Shown: positions 49,013-57,622 of the stretch, piece after piece
How the letters are laid out: each line of letters begins with the position of its first letter
Numbering within the stretch: the stretch's first letter is position 1
Origin: a virus
DNA length: 64,000 nt
Strand: one strand, 5' to 3'
IMG/VR virus record: IMGVR_UViG_3300020156_000002
Coordinates: 66,654 to 130,653 of that record
The notes under the pieces: generated by a model
What the model was told of the DNA's origin: nothing
The model's input: only the letters and a program-made list of their open reading frames with translations
Databases searched by the model: none
Translations under genes and position numbers: made by a program

Positions 49013-50650
49013 TTATGTCGATGTTTTCGGCATCATATTATTACCATTAGTTTTTGTCTGTATAGTTTGTGAATTATTACTATTATCTTTTGTTGGAGCG
49101 CCTACACTTTTATCTGGGTCTCCATCATTGGAATCTTTACCAGAAATAGTAAACGAAGTCTTATGTACGACATATTTGTTTTCCCAATCATTCTCTAATT
49201 CTTCATCCATTAACGCAGTATAAGCTTCAACATCAAAACCACTTGAAGAAATCCATGCCTGTAATGAACCTTTACCTCTAGCATATAAATCACTCATGTA
49301 TTTAACCATCTTGTCTCTATTTACGAATGTAGTAGGCAAAATGTACATTTTAACAAAACAATTTGAATCCTTAATTATGTTTGAATTAATTACTTTATTA
49401 AGTTCATCAACAATATCAGAAATAATTGAATATATATAAGCAGAAATACTTTCAATGTTTAAAGTAGCTGTAGCATAATTTGATTTACTTTCCCCACCTA
49501 AAATACTTGATTCAAAACCAATGGCTTGTGAAATATTATTTTTTACATTAGACTCATTTTTTTCATCAAAGATAGAAGTATCTACTTTAATCTGATCTAG
49601 CTTTGTACCAGAAGCGAGTGAGAAGAACGCTTTTCCATATTTATTATTACTGTTGAACAAAGCACTTTTAACTAGGTTATGTTGAGCTTTTTGTTGAATT
49701 TCAGTTAGAGATGAACTACCCTTTTTCTCACCTTCTGGAAAAGTTTCATAAAAAACTTGATTATTTAAATCATCTAAAATATTTCTTTTTGTATTAACAA
49801 AATGATTAGCATATAAAATATCATCCAATGCAGCTACAGATAGTGGAATTCCCCAAGGATCACTATCTGAAGATTTAATTTTATGTATAATTGTCTTATT
49901 ATTATCTAATTTAATCCAAGGTTGAATTTGCTTATTTGTACTGTAAGATAGCCAAGAATCTCTAATTTCTTTAGGAAATGCTTTTAATTTTCTTTCAAGA
50001 TTCTCATCCGTAAATTGAGTAAAATATCGCAGATCAAATGCAGCGACATAGGAACTATTTTTCTTTCCAATTATTTTGCAATAATCCACTGGAAGTGAAA
50101 TTATTGAAGCATTAATTCCTAACTGATTAATCTCTGTAATATTTAAAACATCGATGTCTGATAAAAATTTATTATTATCGTTAGTTGGACTAGTTGTTTC
50201 AAAGTAATAAAAAAAGATACCATCATTTGAATCTTTCAATAAGGCATCTCTAATAAATTTCTTATATTTAATTGTTTCAAGCGTTGATTCAAATTTACCT
50301 TTGTTTATCAATCGTTTTTTTTTAAACGATGCAGATGTATTATCAGATTTACAATAAACAACTTTATCTAATGTGTGCATTGAACGCATATAATCTAACC
50401 CACTTGATATAGTTCCATCAGTCCGATAAACCCACCATGCTAATTGTCTTAATTGTTGATTGTAAGACATAGGATCTTTTAAATAATTAGGTAACATAGA
50501 TAAATCAATAGGACAATCTATAATATCCATTCCATTATAAACTGAACATGGAATAGAAGAATTATATTCATATGAGAAATTATTTGTTTCAACTGGGTTT
50601 TTTCTAGGTCTACCTCTTTTTTTAGGAATATTTTGTGGTTCATTTTCCAA
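49013..50650 (-). CDS. Portal protein
   Basis: 545 aa after TerL; PWGIP; synteny. Confidence 0.85.
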   Translation of the reverse strand: MENEPQNIPKKRGRPRKNPVETNNFSYEYNSSIPCSVYNGMDIIDCPIDLSMLPNYLKDPMSYNQQLRQLAWWVYRTDGTISSGLDYMRSMHTLDKVVYCKSDNTSASFKKKRLINKGKFESTLETIKYKKFIRDALLKDSNDGIFFYYFETTSPTNDNNKFLSDIDVLNITEINQLGINASIISLPVDYCKIIGKKNSSYVAAFDLRYFTQFTDENLERKLKAFPKEIRDSWLSYSTNKQIQPWIKLDNNKTIIHKIKSSDSDPWGIPLSVAALDDILYANHFVNTKRNILDDLNNQVFYETFPEGEKKGSSSLTEIQQKAQHNLVKSALFNSNNKYGKAFFSLASGTKLDQIKVDTSIFDEKNESNVKNNISQAIGFESSILGGESKSNYATATLNIESISAYIYSIISDIVDELNKVINSNIIKDSNCFVKMYILPTTFVNRDKMVKYMSDLYARGKGSLQAWISSSGFDVEAYTALMDEELENDWENKYVVHKTSFTISGKDSNDGDPDKSVGAPTKDNSNNSQTIQTKTNGNNMMPKTST

Positions 50651-50687
50651 ATTTAAAATTCACCTCCTTTTTAGATGATTACTATTA

Positions 50688-52526
50688 TTAGTTATAAAGT
50701 GGAACATAGTCGTAGTTGGAATTTCCAGCAAATAAGTCTAACTCTAATTGGTCTAAAAAGTAGCTACCATAGCTTACACTAGTATATCTATCTTTTCTAT
50801 TACTTCCCTTTTCATAAATTTTAATCATACCTGTTTGTGACATTTTTTCATATTGTAATTCAGCACATTCACTAATCATTACTTGTGTTTCAAGAAATGG
50901 TTTTTCAAACTGTATTTGATCATCAACGTTTATAGCGGAAATATAATCTTTATTTTCATTAAGAATTTCTTCTTTTGCTGTATTATAATTTATCAAAAAA
51001 TCTATTTTATTTTCTAATAAATTTTTCCTAAAAGCAATAGCAATATCACTATTTAAAGACTGCGTAGCATTTATTGCATAAATGCATGATTTTGCGTTTG
51101 GATCTGGACAAAGTTTTGAATAGTCATCATTGTTCATACATTTTAATGGTGGATATTCAATTCCTCTTTCTTCGTCATATAAGACTTTCTGCAAAGTATA
51201 AAGAATCTGAAGCCCTCCATTTCTACAGTCTAATACTATGTAATCAGAGTCGAAATCCTCATATAATTGTCTTATTCTGATAGCTTGTTTTGTGGTATCG
51301 CCTATTTGATTAGATTCAATGTATGGATATTCGCGACGATACCCCTGTTTTATCTCAATAGAATTATTTTCAGTTTCATATGTTATTGACTCAGGTATCC
51401 CTCTTATACAACTATATACAGAATTATCATTTTGCTTTCCAGCAACAAAAGCAATATCATTTGAAACAACTCTTATTTCTCCATCTTGCTTTGGAATAAA
51501 ATATTTATTTTTCTTTCCACTTTTAAAATCTATGGCATTACGTGGATAAAATACTTGTTTTAATTTTTGCCTATTTATTAGCATTGCATAAGTAAAATAG
51601 GACGATACCGAATCTCTTACTTTTAAGTTTAAAAATTCGATTTGCCATGTCGCAGGATCTTGTTTTTTCTTTTCTTTTACCATTTGTTTCATTGTCTTTA
51701 AACCGTGTTTAAGTGTTATACTTTCGTCAAAAGCAAGCATTACTCCGCCTTTGTGTTTTTTCATGGCATCTAAAGCTTGATCTGCTATATTCCACATCCA
51801 ATTTCCATCATCATACCAACTAGAGCTTATATATATATCAATAGGTTCTTCTTCTAAGCTTTTATTTTTACTGTAATATGTATTTAACATATACTTAGGC
51901 TTTCTTGGAGTTTGAAATGGAGAGATTACAGAATCTTCAACTTTTTTGTTTATCTGTCTGCATTCTTCTCTTGTAACAGCATTTGATCTAAGACCACGGG
52001 CATTCTCATTAGCAACAAAGACTGTTATTTTTGAACCATTTTTAAATTTAACATATATATCATTATCACTAGTACTCCATGAATCTATTTCTTTTCTTAA
52101 AATTGGAGACCATTCACATAATTCATCTAATATTTTCTCTGAGACTATCAATTTAGCCTGTTTTTTTGTAGCTGAACCAATCCTGAACTTTGTTCCTTTA
52201 TATAATAAACATCTAGCAACTGCATAAACCGCAACTATAAATGATTTTGCATCATTTCGACTTGCTATAATACATATTAAATTTGAAATTCCCATCATAT
52301 AAATAGCAATTGCTTGATATTCATATAAGGTTATTTTTAAATAGTCAATTACAAATCGATGCATGTTTCGTCTCCAAAATGTAGCCCATGCCAATACGTG
52401 CAATACATTATTTTGATTACTTAGATAATGAGTAGATGGAAATTTTTTATATAGTTCTAATTGATTTTGATCTGCATATTTACATAAATCATTCTTCTTC
52501 ATAGTATTCCTCCGTTTCTGGAACAA
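50688..52526 (-). CDS. terL: Terminase large subunit (probable start 52502)
   Basis: LYEYQ, ASRNDAKS, KQAKL, FKNGSKI, NARGLRS, ISS; nuclease DIAF, VLD, KDRY. Confidence 0.9.
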   Translation of the reverse strand: MFQKRRNTMKKNDLCKYADQNQLELYKKFPSTHYLSNQNNVLHVLAWATFWRRNMHRFVIDYLKITLYEYQAIAIYMMGISNLICIIASRNDAKSFIVAVYAVARCLLYKGTKFRIGSATKKQAKLIVSEKILDELCEWSPILRKEIDSWSTSDNDIYVKFKNGSKITVFVANENARGLRSNAVTREECRQINKKVEDSVISPFQTPRKPKYMLNTYYSKNKSLEEEPIDIYISSSWYDDGNWMWNIADQALDAMKKHKGGVMLAFDESITLKHGLKTMKQMVKEKKKQDPATWQIEFLNLKVRDSVSSYFTYAMLINRQKLKQVFYPRNAIDFKSGKKNKYFIPKQDGEIRVVSNDIAFVAGKQNDNSVYSCIRGIPESITYETENNSIEIKQGYRREYPYIESNQIGDTTKQAIRIRQLYEDFDSDYIVLDCRNGGLQILYTLQKVLYDEERGIEYPPLKCMNNDDYSKLCPDPNAKSCIYAINATQSLNSDIAIAFRKNLLENKIDFLINYNTAKEEILNENKDYISAINVDDQIQFEKPFLETQVMISECAELQYEKMSQTGMIKIYEKGSNRKDRYTSVSYGSYFLDQLELDLFAGNSNYDYVPLYN

Positions 52527-53523
52527 AGAATTCTTTATCTCTAACAGAACTACCTGTTTCCAAATTAATCATTGGTCTTAAAATATGCCTATCCATGTAA
52601 TCACCTATGTTGTCTCCATCCTTATACAATTCTTTATCTAAGTAAAATTCTTCTGGTGTATAGTCAGAAATAAATCCCAATGTCATGCAAAATGTTTCAT
52701 CATTGCTTGAATCTTTTTCTTCGATTGTCTTTAAACCAGCTTGTTTGAACGTTTTACTATATTGTTCAGTTAATTTTACGTATTTATCAGAATCTCCATC
52801 GCCAGTTCTTAAAGCTTTCATCATAAGCCAGTTTAGATTACATAATGCTTTGATAAATATCTCTTGATTATTATCACAATTTGGGTTATTTTTCTTTAAC
52901 ATCTTGTAGTGGTCATCTAATGTACTATAATCCCATTCGGTTAATCCACCGCCCCATCTGTCAACTGTGGTTGCAGAAGAACATGCAATACCATTAGCTT
53001 TTAATTGTTCTAAATGTTCTTTGGATTCAATTATGGTTTCTTTTCTGTTCAGATAATCATTTTTCACAGTATCTATATCCGTATAACCATATTGAGTAGT
53101 TTGTGGTAAATTTTTCTTTGCTAAGTAATGTGATATTCTTGACCTGTCTGCTGATACTTGTCTAGACGCTTCTAATGCTTCAAGGTTATATATCCATCCA
53201 AATTGTCTACACATATGCTCAATTGCTTTTTCTTCACTTCCAGAATATAAATCGATTAACTGATAATAGTATTTGTCACGACAATCATTGCAAATGTTTA
53301 TGTATCCATTATTCGATTGATATAGGAAAGACTTTGACATACTAAAATGATTTTTTTGAGTGTCCCAAGAATCTCCACAACAAGTACATTTATATTTCTT
53401 TTCTTCTTTAATTCCTTGAACTTTTGGAATATTAATTTGAATATTAACATCAACTACAGGAGCAGCATTCATAGCTTCCTGTGTTTTATCAAATCTTGAT
53501 GGTTTACTAGCTATAATAACCAA
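52489..53523 (-). CDS. Terminase small subunit-like protein (YonG-like, Zn finger)
   Basis: CTCCG...CNDC; RWG; overlaps the TerL start. Confidence 0.65.
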   Translation of the reverse strand: MVIIASKPSRFDKTQEAMNAAPVVDVNIQINIPKVQGIKEEKKYKCTCCGDSWDTQKNHFSMSKSFLYQSNNGYINICNDCRDKYYYQLIDLYSGSEEKAIEHMCRQFGWIYNLEALEASRQVSADRSRISHYLAKKNLPQTTQYGYTDIDTVKNDYLNRKETIIESKEHLEQLKANGIACSSATTVDRWGGGLTEWDYSTLDDHYKMLKKNNPNCDNNQEIFIKALCNLNWLMMKALRTGDGDSDKYVKLTEQYSKTFKQAGLKTIEEKDSSNDETFCMTLGFISDYTPEEFYLDKELYKDGDNIGDYMDRHILRPMINLETGSSVRDKEFFVPETEEYYEEE

Positions 53524-53633
53524 CTCCTTTCATTTATAATTGTTAGTGGAAGAGTAGTTCTCCACTAAAAAAACAGATAAGAGGTGAAACTTATCTGCCT
53601 TGATATTACTATGTATTATTACTCACATATAGA

Positions 53634-54524
53634 TTAAGCACTTAACCAATCTGGCAAAGTACTGTCACCTACTTTATTTTTTGTTTCTTCTATATATTTT
53701 CTTTTATTTTCTATTATTTTGGAAACTTCAACATCATCCGCTATAGGTTTAGCATTCGGAAAAGTGGACTCAAAATATTTTGTCAAAGCAATCAATCTTT
53801 GATATCTGTTTAATCCCATCATTATAAAAATAGTGTTCTGCTCTTGTAGTTTTAATATATAATTGTTGTATGTATTATTTAAACTATCTCTTGTTATTTT
53901 ATCTTTACAATCTAAATACTTTCTAATATCATCTGCTTCAAATCCAGTAGCTACAATGTTAATAGCATTTGACTCATAGATTCTGTCCCATTTGTCAATA
54001 TTTCTTTTTTTAGTTTTCATTAACTGTTTATCCAATACTTCACACATCTTATTAAAACCTTCACGTTCAGGATTTCTTGTTTCTTCCCACTTAATATTTT
54101 TCACAATAGCTTCTTCCATATAAATGAAATATTTTCTTGCAATTTTGCTAATCTCTATAAGTTCTTTTGAAGTACGTCCACCTTTAACACCTGCAATCAT
54201 AGCTATTTCTTTCGCAGTTGATACTTTAATATTATACTGCAAAATCTCTTTAAACCCTTGCGTAGAGCCGATTTGACTTTGAAGTCGTATCGTTAAATAA
54301 TCTTTTCCTTGAACTAAATCAATATCACTTATTTGTTGCTTAATCCAATTTGAGTACTCTCTTTTGACTTTTAGTTGTTCCCATAAATTCTTTGCATTAA
54401 TCCATACATCATTGTCTTCAAGTAATATTGGTAGTTTCTTTTGATATTCCAAAATCAATGAAGTCTTTTCTGCCTCAAAGCCTAATTGTTCTTGTAACTG
54501 CTTTCTTGTGAAATTTTTAATCAT
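53634..54524 (-). CDS. AntA/AntB-domain antirepressor-like protein
   Basis: INAKNLWEQL.VK..YSNWIK...GKDY...AKEIAM...ARKYFI.ME. Confidence 0.85.
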   Translation of the reverse strand: MIKNFTRKQLQEQLGFEAEKTSLILEYQKKLPILLEDNDVWINAKNLWEQLKVKREYSNWIKQQISDIDLVQGKDYLTIRLQSQIGSTQGFKEILQYNIKVSTAKEIAMIAGVKGGRTSKELIEISKIARKYFIYMEEAIVKNIKWEETRNPEREGFNKMCEVLDKQLMKTKKRNIDKWDRIYESNAINIVATGFEADDIRKYLDCKDKITRDSLNNTYNNYILKLQEQNTIFIMMGLNRYQRLIALTKYFESTFPNAKPIADDVEVSKIIENKRKYIEETKNKVGDSTLPDWLSA

Positions 54525-54735
54525 GTATTACTCCTTCCGCATTTAATATTATTAGTATTGCAAATAAGGCATCTTGTTTTGACACCCTATTCGCCCGTTT
54601 GGAAGGTAATCAGTCACATCACTGATTGAATGTTTATCCGTTTTTAAGTAAACTGCATCATCACAGTTGTTTGCCTTTTGATAACCCAGATAGGCTCTGA
54701 ACCATATTAAGTTGTAGTGATGCATTTCACGCATC
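54525..54735 (-). promoter_or_regulatory. Candidate structured 5' leader RNA of the AntA gene
   Basis: About five stem-loops, G.U pairs favouring the - strand, and an anti-SD CCUUCC. Confidence 0.5.
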
Positions 54736-54828
54736 AAAAAAAAGACCGTATCCGATGAAAGATACAGCCTTTGGTATAACTATTTAATTCCTAATAAAAT
54801 TCTCATTTTTGTTTGCTATTGTTTAATA

Positions 54829-55269
54829 TTATTCTTCATTCTCAAAATCAAATATCATAACATTTTTATCTTGTCTATCTAGCTTCTGTAATATTTTAGA
54901 ATCACAATCACCATGTATATATGTAATATAAGCTTCAGTATCAAATAGTTGCATTTCGCCTTTTATTTCTCTCCATGCCGGTTCTATCCAGATTTTCTTG
55001 TCTTCATTAATTGACATAATATACTCGCCTAAATAATCTGCATAAACTCCATCAATATTCACCATACCTAAAGTAAACTCTTCACCGTCAAGTTCACTGT
55101 TTAATAAAACTCGTAATACTTCAGTTATTACATCTGCATTAGCAATTAAATCTATGCACTCAAATTCACGTAAATGAAGATATGAATCCAACAACTCCTC
55201 AGTTAAGCACATTGGGCAACAAAATTCGGTATCCTGTATTTTTTCATAACTTTTTGTGTTATATCTCAT
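54829..55269 (-). CDS. Hypothetical acidic protein
   Basis: 146 aa with SD AGAGGA. Confidence 0.6.
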   Translation of the reverse strand: MRYNTKSYEKIQDTEFCCPMCLTEELLDSYLHLREFECIDLIANADVITEVLRVLLNSELDGEEFTLGMVNIDGVYADYLGEYIMSINEDKKIWIEPAWREIKGEMQLFDTEAYITYIHGDCDSKILQKLDRQDKNVMIFDFENEE

Positions 55270-55299
55270 ATGATTTTCCTCTTCTTTGTTTTATAATAT

Positions 55300-56685
55300 T
55301 TAATTTAAATTTTTAACTGGCGTATATAAAACATCAGTCATTCCGTCTTCTAAATCAAAAATAAATGATTTGCATTGACGTTTTGATCCATAACCTTTAC
55401 TTACTGTCCATTCACTTTTAGCACTAATAGTTGGAAGTCTCTGTATTCTCATATTATTATCTTCCATAAGAACTTGCTCAGAGTGTAAATGTTGTAAAAA
55501 TACTTCTGTAGTTTCAATAGATGACCAATATTGTCTAGCTTCGTCAGCAATTGTTTTAGGTAATGTCTTTAAATTTCCATCATGTGCAAATACAAATAAC
55601 GTCTTACCAAATACAACATACTTACGTGGGAAAGGAGAGTAGTCAACATTCACCATGTCGTCTAATCTATACCATGCGTCAATATATTTTGCTAATTTAA
55701 ATCCAACGGTCATATCATGATTACCCGCAACGTATATTACATCAACTTTACACTTACATTTATCTTTTAAAACATCAATCGCCTTAATTGTCATAGCTGT
55801 TAATCGTTCATATGCATCAAATAAATGAATATCACTTGATTGAGGAGTGCCTTTTGTTGTAGAACCAGCAAGGTTATCTCCGTTGAGCATATCGCCCCCT
55901 ACACAGAATATAATCCTATTGAATTTATACTGATTAGTTCTGCTCATAATATCACCAAGTACATAAAAGAATAACTTTTCAGCAATATCACAATTATATT
56001 CATTACCAGTAACAAACATTGAAGCTTGAAGATTAAGATGTAAATCTGCAATATCTATCAATAATAATTTGTCTCCTGTAAGATAATTTGTTGTAGTAGA
56101 AATCTTAGGGAGTGAATAATTTCTATCTAAGTTATCAAACCATTTTTCAACATCTTCATTAGTTATATCGAATTGTTTTGGCTTAACAACTATTTTACTA
56201 GAATATAATGTCTGTACACCATCTTGCTTACTGTATACGTTCCATATATTATTTCTTGCAGAAATTAATTCCCACACATGAGTATTAAATCCATGAGCAT
56301 TTAATATGTAATCAATATCTTTGGATTGTTCTTCTGACATTATTAAAAGCTTATCACTAGTGTAACTGCCATCTTTATTTATAGATGTTTCTGAATGATA
56401 TTTAGATTTTGCAATTTCAATATCATCGACTGTTTCTTTTAATTCTTTATTCTTAAAATATTCAAAGACAAATGCTCCTCCGAAAATAGTGCCATTTGAT
56501 TTCCTGATTGTGTCATGATTTAAATTAATGTTATATTTATCTTTGATTTCAATCCAATCTAAATCGTTTCTATCAAATATTTTATCAGCATTATCTTTAA
56601 CACATTGTTCATATTGTTCTATTGTTAATCCAGATTTTTCAATTTCTTTTACTAAATCTATATAATTTGAATTAATTACAATCAT
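55300..56685 (-). CDS. Calcineurin-like metallophosphoesterase (YonJ-like) with N-terminal extension
   Basis: DLH, GGD..N, GNHD, HDG and HLH metallophosphoesterase motifs. Confidence 0.85.
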   Translation of the reverse strand: MIVINSNYIDLVKEIEKSGLTIEQYEQCVKDNADKIFDRNDLDWIEIKDKYNINLNHDTIRKSNGTIFGGAFVFEYFKNKELKETVDDIEIAKSKYHSETSINKDGSYTSDKLLIMSEEQSKDIDYILNAHGFNTHVWELISARNNIWNVYSKQDGVQTLYSSKIVVKPKQFDITNEDVEKWFDNLDRNYSLPKISTTTNYLTGDKLLLIDIADLHLNLQASMFVTGNEYNCDIAEKLFFYVLGDIMSRTNQYKFNRIIFCVGGDMLNGDNLAGSTTKGTPQSSDIHLFDAYERLTAMTIKAIDVLKDKCKCKVDVIYVAGNHDMTVGFKLAKYIDAWYRLDDMVNVDYSPFPRKYVVFGKTLFVFAHDGNLKTLPKTIADEARQYWSSIETTEVFLQHLHSEQVLMEDNNMRIQRLPTISAKSEWTVSKGYGSKRQCKSFIFDLEDGMTDVLYTPVKNLN

Positions 56686-56790
56686 TCCTCTCTAATTTAA
56701 AATTTTTCTTGACAGTTCAATGCTATTGTGATATGGTATATATGTGGAAATATATGCAAAAAAAACGCGTAATAAAAAAATAAGTTTTAC

Positions 56791-57090
56791 TTACTTCTTA
56801 TGTGGATTATAATAGTTTTGTTTCTTTCCTTTAGATTTTCTGGTTTCAATTAATTCTTCAATTTTACTAATATAATTTTCATCATCACTCAATCTTATAA
56901 GAGAAGTGAGATAGTAGATACCTACATTTTTAGGTATCTTTTTATTAACTACATTTTGTATTATTATATTGCAAGCAGATTTACTTTTTAGATGTGTATG
57001 TTTATCTTCTTCGTTGTCAATTCTGGTAAGTCTATATCCATCAATTGTTTTATATATTACAAAATCCCTTTGATCAATTTTTAACACCAT
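56791..57090 (-). CDS. Conserved hypothetical phage protein
   Basis: KHTHLKS...YYLTSLIRLS.D..Y. Confidence 0.6.
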   Translation of the reverse strand: MVLKIDQRDFVIYKTIDGYRLTRIDNEEDKHTHLKSKSACNIIIQNVVNKKIPKNVGIYYLTSLIRLSDDENYISKIEELIETRKSKGKKQNYYNPHKK

Positions 57091-57109
57091 CTTTCATAAG
57101 TATTTTTTA

Positions 57110-57283
57110 TTACTTATCATTATTTTTCTTTAATTCTTGTGCCTTATTGGCTAACCAGTCTAATGTATAATATCTTTTAGCTCTTCCTGATTTAGCAATA
57201 GAAGAAATATATACTTTCTTCTCACCCTTTAAAAACCCATTCTTTTCTAATAAATTTCTTTCACACTGTGTAATCTGTTTAAT
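57110..57283 (-). CDS. Small basic protein with ATT start (not in ORF track)
   Basis: SD AAGGA then ATT AAA CAG...; 57 aa IKQITQCERNLLEKNGF...KRYY; in-frame TGA just upstream. Confidence 0.5.
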   Translation of the reverse strand: MKQITQCERNLLEKNGFLKGEKKVYISSIAKSGRAKRYYTLDWLANKAQELKKNNDK

Positions 57284-57622
57284 AAAAATTTCCTTCTTTC
57301 ATTGTAAATTTATATTTATTCTCCAAGGTAGGAGATTAATATCAATAGAAAAAGACCCCCACATTTCAAGGAGTCTATCAATAATAAATAATTATGTCTC
57401 TTTAATAATCCTCACTACGGCAGAGGTTTTCCATTTAGATTGCAGAGAGTACGTAGCAATTTACCGTACTCTCTGCTGGAAGGAGAATGATTTATGAGAA
57501 CTAAAATTAGATGAATAGCTTATCGTTATTTAACGTTTAATATTATTACCTATACTGTATATATATGAAACTGAAAATACATTTAAACCTAGTGTTTATG
57601 CGTATTTCGAGATTTTTAACTT

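Noticed and set aside
54552-54737. 61-aa ORF from the ORF track
   Set aside because: No SD, starts inside a terminator U tract, and the region is better explained as structured RNA
57478-57514. SD plus ATG micro-ORF (MRTKIR) on the + strand
   Set aside because: Only six codons and no convincing promoter; more simply the complement of the leader's C/U tract
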